This document shows, piece by piece, positions 1 to 8,058 of a stretch of DNA of 64,000 nt; positions within the stretch are counted from its first letter, which is position 1; every line of letters starts with the position of its first letter. Origin of the DNA: Myxococcota bacterium (GTDB taxonomy: Bacteria; Myxococcota_A; Polyangia; Polyangiales; Ga0077539); NCBI GenBank assembly GCA_052035985.1, contig JBPOHC010000544.1, positions 1,597 to 65,596 of the forward strand, in the 5' to 3' direction. The notes beneath the pieces are model-generated. The model was not told the origin of the DNA and searched no databases. It saw nothing but the letters and a program-made list of their open reading frames with translations. The position numbers and the translations under genes are program-made.

Positions 1-1359
1 GTGGTGCGGCGCGCGATCGTCGACCGCGTCGCGTCGAGGCTCGCGCCGGACGGCGCCCACGAACGCGGGGATCCACGCCTCGATCGACGCCCCCGCGCCG
101 AGCGTCGACGTGACCTCGAGGCGCCCTCCGCGTTCGAAGAGCCGCTGCGCCAGCGTCGAGAGTCCGCCCTCCGTCGGCCCCGATTCGAAGGGCCTCGCGA
201 AGCCGCCGGGGCCGCGGCTGGTGTCGCGCGCCCTGAGGGTCACGCCGCCGCCCGAGGCGTCGATCTCAAGCGAGACCTCGCCCTGGTCCACGCCTCGGAG
301 CGCGTGCGTGAGGAGCCCGTCGACCGCGGCCTCGAGGAGCGACAGGTCGATGTCGACCGCGGGTGCGGCGTTCGCGGCGAGCACGACGCGCGTGTGGGTC
401 CCCCTCGGCGACGCCATCCGCCGCAGGAGCCACGACGTGCGGTCCGCGAGCTCCGAGAGCGCGACGCGCGTGGGACGCTCCGCGAAGCGCGGGTTCGAAC
501 TCCGCGCGAGGATGCGCTGCACGCCGGAGACGAGCTCCGTGATCCGCTCGATGGCGCGTCGCACGAGGGCGATGTCGGCGCGCACGTCGCGGGGCTGAAG
601 CTCCTCGCACTCGCGCAGAAAGTCGCCGCAGATCGCGAGCCCCGTGATCCACGGCATGGCGTCGTGGAGGGCCGTCGCGAGCTCCGTCGTCGCCGCGTTC
701 GTGCGGGGCGTCGCGCGGTCGCCGTTGAGGCCCTCGCGCGCGCCGTCGGCGTCGAGCACCGCGCGCACCTTGCAGCGCACCTGATCGAGCATGCCGAGCA
801 TGTCGGACATCACCTCGCGGCAGTCAGCGGGCGTGTCGGGCGAGAGCCGCGAGGCGAGGTCGGGCAGCACGAGGTCGAGGGCCATGAGCCTGCTCGAGAT
901 GTCGTTCACCGCGGCCGAGACGCGGAGCCGCTGCGACGTGCTCTCGTCGATCTCGGGCGCGTCGCGCAGGGCCGTGGCGCGCTGCGGCGCCGACGCGGGG
1001 ATGCGCTCGAGGACGAGCAGGGCCATCTCGCGGGCGTCGTCGCTGTCGCTGTGGAGCGCCACGCGCTGGACGCTCTCGGTCATCGCGGCGCCGAGGTGGA
1101 CGAGCGCCCACCCGGCGTTGGAGCGCACGAAGAAATCAGGGTCGTCGAGGCCCGCGAGGAGCGCGGGGACGGCCTCGGGCGTGCGGAGCTGATCGATGGC
1201 CCAATAGGCCGCCGCGCGGACGTCCGCGCTCACGGAGCGCGTGAGGGCGCGCAGCGGGGCGAGCGTCGTGGGGTCGCGCTCGCGGGCGCACCTCCGCGTC
1301 GCGCGGATCTGCCGTGCCGTATCGTCGCTCGCGAGGTCTGCGAGAGTCGAGTCGTCCAT
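1..1359 (-). CDS. HEAT-repeat / histidine-kinase-like protein, 3' end runs off the window (453 codons visible)
   Basis: Absent from the ORF track (no stop inside window). My translation of the reverse strand from ATG 1359-1357 gives MDDSTLADLASDD... It has HEAT/PBS-lyase-like repeats (VRAAAYWAIDQL..AVPALLAGLDDPDFFVRSNAGWALVHLG), an H-box-like ALHDAMPWITGL, and an HATPase G2-like GGLSTLAQRLFERGGRLEVTSTLGAGASIEAWIP. The + ORF 1..1395 is its codon-aligned Arg/Glu/Asp-rich mirror. Confidence 0.6.
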   Translation of the reverse strand, partial: MDDSTLADLASDDTARQIRATRRCARERDPTTLAPLRALTRSVSADVRAAAYWAIDQLRTPEAVPALLAGLDDPDFFVRSNAGWALVHLGAAMTESVQRVALHSDSDDAREMALLVLERIPASAPQRATALRDAPEIDESTSQRLRVSAAVNDISSRLMALDLVLPDLASRLSPDTPADCREVMSDMLGMLDQVRCKVRAVLDADGAREGLNGDRATPRTNAATTELATALHDAMPWITGLAICGDFLRECEELQPRDVRADIALVRRAIERITELVSGVQRILARSSNPRFAERPTRVALSELADRTSWLLRRMASPRGTHTRVVLAANAAPAVDIDLSLLEAAVDGLLTHALRGVDQGEVSLEIDASGGGVTLRARDTSRGPGGFARPFESGPTEGGLSTLAQRLFERGGRLEVTSTLGAGASIEAWIPAFVGAVRREPRRDAVDDRAPHH

Positions 1360-1476
1360 GAAATCCCCCCCTGGTGTTGCGACCACGATACCTGAACTCA
1401 CGAGGCGGGGAGCAAGGGCTCCGCGGAGGAAAATGACGGTCGTCACCTCCGGAGAGAGCCTTTGATCGGTGGTGAA

Positions 1477-2319
1477 TCAGGGGTTGAAGAAGGCGTCGAG
1501 GAGCCGTCGCGCGATGGAGAATCGCGGAGGCAGGACGGGCAGCGCGTCGCGCGTGAACCAGCGCGCGTCTTCGAGCTCTCCGTCGAGGGGGCGCGGCTCG
1601 CCCGCGCTGTGCCGCGCGGTGAATCCCACCATGATCTGATGGGGAAAGGGCCACGGCTGGCTGCCCGCGTAGGCGACCTCCGAGAGCTCGACGCCGGTCT
1701 CCTCACGGGCCTCGCGTCGCACGCAGTCTTCGAGCGTCTCGCCGGGCTCGACGAAGCCCGCGACGAGGCCGTAGCGCCCCGCGGGCCACGAGGGCTGCCG
1801 CGTGAGGAGCACGCGCCCGTCGCCGTCGTAGATGAGCGCGATCGTGCAGGGTGAGACGCGCGGGAACCAGTCGTGGCGGCACGCCTCGCAGCGTCGCGCG
1901 CGCCTCGTCGCCTCGGGCGAGAGAATCGTCGCCGCGCCGCACTCGCCGCAGTAGCGCGTGGTGCGGTCCCAGTGGCGGATCTGGGAGCCGTACGCGGCCA
2001 TCGACTGCTCGGCGTCGCGGAGGAGCGCGAAGGCGCCGCGCAGTCCCTCGGCGCGCACGCCCTCGGGGAGCGCGACGCCCGCCGCGACGACGCCCACGTA
2101 GGCGGGGCGTCCGTCGACGCGGCCGAGCGCGTGGACGTCGGCGGGCGCGAGCTCGCTCGCGATGCGCTGTGATGGGAGGGAGCAGGCGCCGTCGCGCGCT
2201 GCGAGGAGCAGCTCATCGCCGCGCAGGAGCACCCACGCGGCGTCGTCGGCGATGACGTCAGGGACCCGCTCGCACGAGGGCTCGAAGCCGTCGGGCGAGG
2301 GGGCCGTGATGGGCTTCAC
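1477..2319 (-). CDS. nudC: NAD+ diphosphatase / NADH pyrophosphatase, Nudix NudC type (280 aa)
   Basis: C-terminal 280 aa of track ORF 1477..3474. The GTG start at 2319 overlaps the upstream stop (GTGA). Zn ribbon CGECG...CEAC, Nudix box GFVEPGETLEDCVRREAREETGV, NudC signature SQPWPFPHQIMVGF. The rest of the 665-aa track ORF is Arg/Pro-rich junk. Confidence 0.9.
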   Translation of the reverse strand: MKPITAPSPDGFEPSCERVPDVIADDAAWVLLRGDELLLAARDGACSLPSQRIASELAPADVHALGRVDGRPAYVGVVAAGVALPEGVRAEGLRGAFALLRDAEQSMAAYGSQIRHWDRTTRYCGECGAATILSPEATRRARRCEACRHDWFPRVSPCTIALIYDGDGRVLLTRQPSWPAGRYGLVAGFVEPGETLEDCVRREAREETGVELSEVAYAGSQPWPFPHQIMVGFTARHSAGEPRPLDGELEDARWFTRDALPVLPPRFSIARRLLDAFFNP

Positions 2320-2774
2320 GCGGAGGCCGCGCGCGCGTGCTTCTCGATGAGGCGACCGACGCCGGGGACGGCGGCCTCGACGTGCTTCTTCGCCTCGGGG
2401 CGCAGCTTCTCGTAGGCGCTCTTGAGCGTGGTGTGGCGGGTGACGCGGGCGCGGCCGTCGGTGATGGCGAGGAGCGCGTCGGCGACCTCGGACTTGCGCC
2501 CCGTGAGGTAGTCGGCGATCGAGCGTCCGCCCGCCTTCGTCGCGTGGTCCTGGTAGAAGGGATCGAGGCGCGTCGCGAAATCGTCGAGGAGCCCGTCGAT
2601 GGTGTCGGGGATGATCCCGGGGCGGAACGACTTGACGACCTTGAAGGCGCCCTTGATGGCGAGGCCCGAGAGGCCGCCCTTGGAGTCGACTTCGGCGTCG
2701 AGCAGCGCCTCGGCGTCGCGCACCACCTCGCGGCGCCGCGAGGGTTCCGTGAGCACTGAATAGAGATCTGCCAT
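2316..2774 (-). CDS. hypothetical protein (152 aa), translationally coupled to nudC
   Basis: ATG start, balanced composition (MADLYSVLTEPSRRREVVRDAEALLDAEVDSKGGLSGLAIKGAFKVVKSF...). High GC3 frame. Stop overlaps the nudC GTG. No family recognised. Confidence 0.7.
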   Translation of the reverse strand: MADLYSVLTEPSRRREVVRDAEALLDAEVDSKGGLSGLAIKGAFKVVKSFRPGIIPDTIDGLLDDFATRLDPFYQDHATKAGGRSIADYLTGRKSEVADALLAITDGRARVTRHTTLKSAYEKLRPEAKKHVEAAVPGVGRLIEKHARAASA

Positions 2775-2843
2775 TGGGTTTCTCGTCTTCGGGGTTGAAG
2801 CGCGGCGCTCCCGGCGAGGCCGCGCGGAGAGGTCTCGCCTCGA

Positions 2844-3842
2844 TCAGTGGTGCCAGGGCACGTCGAGGCCGTTCGCGGAGCCCATCTCGTAGCGCACGAC
2901 GCCCGAGCCCGTGGCGATGTAGATGTCGCTGCACGAGAGCGCGCCGACGCCGAACTCGACGTTCGCGGGCGCCGAGAGCCCCGTGAGGAGGTCCTCGGAG
3001 GTCGACCCGTCGGGGGCGATGCGCACGAGGCGTCCGGCGCGCTGGTCGGTGACATAGGCCGCGCCCGCGGCGTCGAACGCGAGCCCGTCGAGGTTGCCGA
3101 GGCCGGTGATCACGCTGGCGCGCGCGGTCTCCATCCCGTCTTGCACGGTGAGGCGGTAGAGCGTGCCGCGGGCGTAGCTGTCGACGTAGAGGTCGCCGTT
3201 GTAGAACGCCACCCCGTTGGCCTGCGAGATGGTCGCGGTGGTGACCTGCGTGCGCATCCCGTCGGGGCCGACGCGCCACACGTGACCGCCGCCGAAATCG
3301 CTGTAGTAGAGGTATCCGTCGGGGCCCATGGTGAGGCCGTTGGGCTGCCCCGCGCCCGAGAGGAGCACCGTCGCCGTCGGCGGATCGGCGCTGAGGTCGA
3401 CCATGTGGATCGATCGCGTGGCGGGGGAGCCCGCGTAGAGGCGATTGCGCGCGGCGTCGAGCGCGAGGCCCCACATCGTGGTCGCGCCCGTGACGCGGAC
3501 CCAGGCGCCGGTGCGGGTGCCCTCGGGGGTGATCCGTCCGATCGCGCTGGCCTGGCTGTAATAGATCGTCCCGTCGGCGGCGATCACGAGGCCCTCGGTG
3601 CCGCTGGTGCCCGAGAGCGCGGGGCGTCCGCTGCCGCAGCGCACGCTGGGGGCGTCGGCGGGCGGCGCGTCGGCGCGTGCGTCGGCGGAGGCGTCGGAGG
3701 CCGCGTCGCTGTCGACGTCGGAGGCCGCGTCATTGCCGCTCACATCGACCGGAGGAACGTCGGTGGGCGTCGGGGTCGAGGTGTTGTCGCCGCAGGCCGC
3801 GAGCGAGGCGCAGAGCGCGAGCACGAAGGAGTTGCGCATCAT
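2844..3842 (-). CDS. SMP-30/gluconolactonase/LRE-like beta-propeller lipoprotein (332 aa)
   Basis: Real start is MMRNSFVLALCASLAACGD (lipobox) inside track ORF 2844..4715. Repeated propeller blades (GLALDAARNRLYAG, PNGLTMGPDGYLYYSDFGGGHVWRV, ANGVAFYNGDLYVDS, LDGLAFDAAGAAYVTD). Confidence 0.8.
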   Translation of the reverse strand: MMRNSFVLALCASLAACGDNTSTPTPTDVPPVDVSGNDAASDVDSDAASDASADARADAPPADAPSVRCGSGRPALSGTSGTEGLVIAADGTIYYSQASAIGRITPEGTRTGAWVRVTGATTMWGLALDAARNRLYAGSPATRSIHMVDLSADPPTATVLLSGAGQPNGLTMGPDGYLYYSDFGGGHVWRVGPDGMRTQVTTATISQANGVAFYNGDLYVDSYARGTLYRLTVQDGMETARASVITGLGNLDGLAFDAAGAAYVTDQRAGRLVRIAPDGSTSEDLLTGLSAPANVEFGVGALSCSDIYIATGSGVVRYEMGSANGLDVPWHH

Positions 3843-3935
3843 CAGGGGGCGGCGGTTTTCGCCCCATTCTCGATGGAAAGCAAGGGCGAGCACCGTTGCT
3901 TCAGGGCGCGTGATGCCGGTACCCTCGCGCCCACG

Positions 3936-4652
3936 ATGACTCGAGTGACTTCTCTTGCGTGCCTCTTGCTGGTCGCCGCGTGCTCGCGCTCGACGCCCCC
4001 TCGCGCTCGCCCCGCAGCGCGCGCTGTTCCCGTCGCGGCCTCGCGGCCCGCGCCTGAGCCGACGCTGGCCCCGCTCCCCTCGATCGACGAGCACGAGGCC
4101 GAGGAGCAGCGAGAGATCATGAACGCCATCCAGGGGATGTCGGCGTTCGCGCCCACGGCCGAGGGCCTGCGCGGCTTCGTCGCTGCGCTCGCGCACGAGT
4201 CCGCGGCGCACGACCGCGAGGGCATCGAGCGCATGGAGCGCGAGATCGTCGCGGACAACGCCCGCTTCGAACTCGCGATGGACTTCGAAGGCGCGCGCGC
4301 TCTCCGCGACCGCGTGGTGCCGACGATCGAGCCGGGCGTTCGCGCGCTCGAGGCGCAGCTCGCGGCGCTCCGCGCGCCGCTCTCGGTGTCGGTGACCTCG
4401 GCGCTCGGGCGCGAGCTCGCGAGCGGAACGGCGCGAGGCTTCAACCCCGCGATGGCTTCGGTGAGCTCGCACCTCCGTAACAGCGTGAGGTACCACCGCG
4501 TCGAGGTGACGGGCGCCGACGGCGGCCGCGTGGTGATCGAGCCGATGGCCTTTCTCGGCGGCCGCTGGACGTGGCTCGGCGAGCCGTGGTCCGCGGTGGC
4601 GCCTGTGATTCCTGCGGGGCCTCCCGCGGTCGGGCCGACGGCCTCTCGCTGA
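3936..4652 (+). CDS. hypothetical lipoprotein (238 aa)
   Basis: In-frame ATG at 3936 inside track ORF 2847..4652. MTRVTSLACLLLVAACSRS lipobox. Normal composition afterwards; the upstream part of the track ORF is antisense of the propeller gene. Confidence 0.7.
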   Translation: MTRVTSLACLLLVAACSRSTPPRARPAARAVPVAASRPAPEPTLAPLPSIDEHEAEEQREIMNAIQGMSAFAPTAEGLRGFVAALAHESAAHDREGIERMEREIVADNARFELAMDFEGARALRDRVVPTIEPGVRALEAQLAALRAPLSVSVTSALGRELASGTARGFNPAMASVSSHLRNSVRYHRVEVTGADGGRVVIEPMAFLGGRWTWLGEPWSAVAPVIPAGPPAVGPTASR

Positions 4653-4668
4653 CGACCGGAGCGGCTCG

Positions 4669-5250
4669 ATGACGGCTCCCCAACAAGCTCCGCGGCTCAC
4701 GACGATGCGAGTCATCTGGGGGGCGCTCTGCTTCTCGGTGGTGCTCTACCCGCTGATCCTGGTGGCCTCGGGCCACGCGGAGCCCGCGCAACGACAGCCC
4801 GAGTCGTCGTTCGTCATGATCCTCACGGTCATGGCGCTCCTCGTCTCGGCGCTCAGCGTCGTGATGCCGAAGCTGCTCTTCCCGCAGATGGCGCGGGGCC
4901 GCGCGCGGCTGCTCATCAGCGAAGATCGGGCGATCACCGACCAGGGCCAGCACGGCTTTCGCGACGTGGCGAGCTCGGTGCTGACGCGCACCTTCAACGA
5001 CCCCGTGGCCGCAGAGAACGCCGCGTTCGGGGTGTATTTCACGCGCCTCGTCCTCGAGCTCGCGCTCGCCGAGGCCGTGGCGAACTTCGGCTTCGTGCTC
5101 GCGTTTCTGGGGCTCGGGTTGAAGTCCTCCGCGCCCTTCTTCGCGGTGGCGCTGGTGCTGCAGCTCGCGCGCTACCCCACGCGCGACACGGTGCTCCGAG
5201 CGTTCGAAGAGGCGCTCGGGGCGCGCTTTCCGGGGTCTCGCACGGAATGA
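4669..5250 (+). CDS. hypothetical integral membrane protein (193 aa)
   Basis: About 4 hydrophobic helices (VIWGALCFSVVLYPLILVA, FVMILTVMALLVSALSVVM, LVLELALAEAVANFGFVLAFLGLGL, FFAVALVLQLA). ATGA overlap with the next gene. Confidence 0.7.
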   Translation: MTAPQQAPRLTTMRVIWGALCFSVVLYPLILVASGHAEPAQRQPESSFVMILTVMALLVSALSVVMPKLLFPQMARGRARLLISEDRAITDQGQHGFRDVASSVLTRTFNDPVAAENAAFGVYFTRLVLELALAEAVANFGFVLAFLGLGLKSSAPFFAVALVLQLARYPTRDTVLRAFEEALGARFPGSRTE

Positions 5251-6389
5251 CCCGCCTCGCGCTCTGCCTCGCGCTCACGGCCTTCGCATCGCGAGCGGGC
5301 GCGCAGGTGCCGTCCACCGAGCAGCGCACGGCAGAGCAGAGCGAGCGTGAGGTCTGCGATGCGGCGCAGGCCCTCATCACCGGCCACCATCTCGCGGACG
5401 CGCGCGCGCTCCTCGACGAAGAGATCACGCGACGCTCGCTCGACGCGACCTCGACGCATCCCTTCGCGGTGCTCCGCCGCCTCGTCGACGCGATGGATCG
5501 CGCGTCGGCGCCTGTACTCCCGCCGCCTCCTCCGCCCCCCGTTGCGGCGCCGCCCCCTCCGCCTCCACCCGCAGGGCGCGACGATCGCACGGGCCTCGAA
5601 GCCGCCGCGCTCTACGCCACGACGATGAGCTACGGGCTCGCGACGGGCGCGTGGCTCGACGCGCAGCTCGAGATCACGGACCTCAAGGCGATGCCCTGGC
5701 TTCCGCTCGTCGGGGTCGGCGCGGGCGCCGTGGCCGCGTACCTCGCGGACAACCCTCGCTCGGTGAGGAGCGGCGTCCCGACGGCGCTGGGCGCGGGGCT
5801 CACGCTCGGCCTCCTCGGCGGCGCGTCACTCGGGCTCCAGGGCTGGCGCGCGGGTCAATGGGGCGTCCCCACGATGTCGACGGTCGCGTGGGCGGGCGCG
5901 ACGCTCGGCCTGGGCGCTGGAATCGGTCTCGCTGCGCTCACGAACCCGCGCCCCGCGACGAGCTCATTCATCTTGTCAGGAGGCTTCTGGGGCACGGTGC
6001 TCGGCTTCATGACCGGCTACGCAACCGGAGACGACGACCACTTCGGTAGCTTCGCCCTCGGCGGCGAGGCTGTCGGCATCGCGGCCGCGGCGGCGACGGC
6101 GGGCCTGCTCCGCCCGACCCACGCGCAGGTGCGATGGATGGACCTCGGCGCGCTCACGGGCGCGCTCGTCGGGATGGGCGTCGGGCTCCTGTTGCTCCGT
6201 GACGAGCGGGCTCCCTTCGCCGCGGCGGTGGAGCTCGGGACGCTGGGCGGAGGCGTCGCGGGCTTTCTCTTCGGCGCGTCGCGGGAGTCGTCATCGCGCG
6301 GCGCTTCGGGACCGCGGCGCGGCCTCGCGTGGTCGCCCTCGGTGCTGCCCGTCCAGGGGGGAGCGCTCGTCGCGCTCTCGGTGATGTGA
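5247..6389 (+). CDS. hypothetical membrane protein with signal peptide, poly-Pro tract and Gly-rich TM segments (380 aa)
   Basis: MTRLALCLALTAFASRAGAQ signal, PPPPPPPVAAPPPPPPP tract, then many GxxxG-type helices. Co-directional and overlapping (ATGA) with 4669..5250. Confidence 0.7.
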   Translation: MTRLALCLALTAFASRAGAQVPSTEQRTAEQSEREVCDAAQALITGHHLADARALLDEEITRRSLDATSTHPFAVLRRLVDAMDRASAPVLPPPPPPPVAAPPPPPPPAGRDDRTGLEAAALYATTMSYGLATGAWLDAQLEITDLKAMPWLPLVGVGAGAVAAYLADNPRSVRSGVPTALGAGLTLGLLGGASLGLQGWRAGQWGVPTMSTVAWAGATLGLGAGIGLAALTNPRPATSSFILSGGFWGTVLGFMTGYATGDDDHFGSFALGGEAVGIAAAAATAGLLRPTHAQVRWMDLGALTGALVGMGVGLLLLRDERAPFAAAVELGTLGGGVAGFLFGASRESSSRGASGPRRGLAWSPSVLPVQGGALVALSVM

Positions 6390-6459
6390 GCGGCCCCGAG
6401 ACCTCCGCGACGAAGCCCGGTCGATCGATGGCGAAGACCATGATCCAAGGGGATTCGCG

Positions 6460-7152
6460 ATGACGAGGACGCCCGGCACGAGGCGCAAGGTGCACGTCGA
6501 GCCTCGCACGCTGCCGCCGGAGCGGCCGGGGCCTGAGGGCGGCGTGCGAGACGCGACGCGCAAGGCTCGCACGGCGGCGCTCGCGACGGCGGCGCTGCGG
6601 CTCTTTCTCGACCGCGGCGTAGAGGCCGTGACGATCGACGAGATCGCGTCGCGCGCGGGTCTCGCGAAGGGCACGTTCTACACGTACTTTCGCGACAAGG
6701 GCGACGTCGTCGAGGCGCTGCTCGCGCCGGTCGCCGCGACGATCCGAGGCGCATTCGATCGGTGCGAGGCGACGCTCCGCGAGGCGCACGACCCCGCGGG
6801 GCTCATGGGCGCGTATCAAGACCTCGCCGGCTCGCTCGCCGATGCGCTCGCGGAGCACCAGGGGGTCGCGCTGCTCTACCTCCAGGAGTCTCGGATGCCG
6901 GCCGTCGGAGCGCGCGCGCCGGTCGCCCTCTTCGCCCGCGAGGTGAGGGAGCGCGCCGTGGTGCTGACGCTGGCCGCACGCGCTCACGGCCTTCTCCGCG
7001 CGCTCGACGCCAGGGTCACGGCCAACGCGGTGGTGGGCGCGGTCGAGACGCTGGTGTTCCTCGCGCTCTCGGGCGAGGACCTGGGCGCGCCCGAGGAGGC
7101 CAGCGCGGCGCTCATCGAGCTGATGCTGCACGGCGTCGCGTCGACGCTCTGA
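6460..7152 (+). CDS. TetR/AcrR family transcriptional regulator (230 aa)
   Basis: HTH VTIDEIASRAGLAKGTFYTYFRDKGDVV. AAGGGGA RBS-like sequence upstream of the ATG. Confidence 0.9.
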   Translation: MTRTPGTRRKVHVEPRTLPPERPGPEGGVRDATRKARTAALATAALRLFLDRGVEAVTIDEIASRAGLAKGTFYTYFRDKGDVVEALLAPVAATIRGAFDRCEATLREAHDPAGLMGAYQDLAGSLADALAEHQGVALLYLQESRMPAVGARAPVALFAREVRERAVVLTLAARAHGLLRALDARVTANAVVGAVETLVFLALSGEDLGAPEEASAALIELMLHGVASTL

Positions 7153-7170
7153 ACGCGGAGCGGTCTGACT

Positions 7171-7190
7171 GCGCGCCTCGCGTTGCGCGC
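7171..7190 (+). terminator. weak candidate terminator of the TetR gene
   Basis: GCGCGC-ctcgcgtt-GCGCGC hairpin followed by TTCGAAAT. Short stem and poor U tract. Confidence 0.3.
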
Positions 7191-7194
7191 TTCG

Positions 7195-7232
7195 AAATGA
7201 CGAAACCCCGCGCGGGATGAACCGGCGCGGGG
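7195..7232 (-). terminator. intrinsic terminator of hcp
   Basis: On the minus strand: CCCCGCGCCGG-UUCAUC-CCGCGCGGGG (8 bp GC stem plus 2 more across a bulge) followed by UUUCGUCAUUU. About 45 nt after the hcp stop. Confidence 0.55.
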
Positions 7233-7276
7233 CCTCGTGACTGGGATGAACGTTGATGTGAGGCTGTGGCCTCAGA

Positions 7277-7768
7277 TCAGCGCTGCGCGTCCCAGGTGTC
7301 CTCGTGCGTGACGCCGCCGTTGGTGAAGGTCCACGAGATCGTGTGGAACACGAACGAGACCTCCTCCAGGGGGGGCTCGGTCGAGGTCGCGGGGACGATC
7401 GTGTCGGGCGACCACTGCTTCTGGCTCGCGACGCGGCCCTGCTTGATGCTGACCGTGTAGAACTGCTCGGTCGTGCCGTCGCCCGTGGGGTTCGGACGGA
7501 AGAACTTGAAGTCGCCGTCGATCACGGCGTTCTCGACGAGCGCCTTGGCGATGAGGGGCGTGCTCTTGTCGATGCGCTTGCGGATGAGGAGGGGCTCGTA
7601 CTGACGGCGACCCGTCGCCATGCCGCTGCCGGCCTCACGCGCCGTCTGGACCGCCTGCTCGTAGTACACGCACTCGATCGAGTTCTCGCGACCGAGGCTC
7701 GTCTGCGTGCTCTGACCCTGGATGTCCGACCCATTCGCCTTCAGATACAGGTGTACGGTCTCAGCCAT
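7277..7768 (-). CDS. hcp: type VI secretion tube protein Hcp (TssD), stand-alone copy (163 aa)
   Basis: MAETVHLYLKANGSDIQGQS..., RKRIDKSTPLIAKAL (IDKSTP motif), C-terminal HTISWTFTNGGVTHEDTWDAQR. Collinear with SciK/SciM-type Hcp as I remember them. GGAGAG SD 6 nt before the ATG. GC visibly lower than neighbours. Confidence 0.85.
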   Translation of the reverse strand: MAETVHLYLKANGSDIQGQSTQTSLGRENSIECVYYEQAVQTAREAGSGMATGRRQYEPLLIRKRIDKSTPLIAKALVENAVIDGDFKFFRPNPTGDGTTEQFYTVSIKQGRVASQKQWSPDTIVPATSTEPPLEEVSFVFHTISWTFTNGGVTHEDTWDAQR

Positions 7769-7859
7769 GATGTCTCTCCGGTGAGCAGCGGCCGCGACGG
7801 TCGACTTCAGGTGTCTCCCCCGTCAACCCTTCGGGCCTTCTCTGCGTGGCGCTCCCTTG

Positions 7860-7875
7860 TGCAGTCGGTGTGCCG
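7860..7875 (-). promoter_or_regulatory. sigma54-type (-24/-12) promoter candidate for hcp
   Basis: Minus strand reads cGGCAC-ACCGA-cTGCA, against the consensus TGGCAC-N5-TTGCA. The GG-N10-GC spacing is exact. It lies ~90 nt upstream of the hcp ATG. Confidence 0.45.
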
Positions 7876-7950
7876 TCGAATCGTCAGGCCATCGACCCGG
7901 TGATTCTCGTCAATCAACGGGGTTTTCGATCGTTTCGGGCAGGTCAGAAA

Positions 7951-8007
7951 TTGGACTGCTTGCCAATGTTGGACGTCAGTCCAAAATGCCTTTGGCGTGT
8001 TGTCCAA
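7951..8007. promoter_or_regulatory. nested TTGGAC/GTCCAA inverted repeats (UAS/operator candidate)
   Basis: TTGGAC 7951-7956; TTGGAC-gtca-GTCCAA 7969-7984; GTCCAA 8002-8007. Located 90-146 bp upstream of the -12 element, in a low-GC stretch. Confidence 0.35.
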
Positions 8008-8058
8008 CGCCCCGCGATTGACCCATCGGAGGCACCCCCAGAACGCGGCTTGCGTGGG

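Noticed and set aside
1-1395. 464-aa + strand ORF at the left edge
   Set aside because: The product is Arg/Glu/Asp/His/Gly-rich with no recognisable motif. It is codon-aligned antisense to a minus-strand frame that encodes HEAT and kinase-like motifs, so it is a classic high-GC shadow ORF.
7153-8058. hcp region as a horizontally acquired island
   Set aside because: The lower GC is confined to one small gene and its promoter region. I see no tRNA, integrase, direct repeats or additional cargo genes. Reduced GC may simply reflect regulatory DNA and an expression-optimised small gene. This is left open, not claimed.
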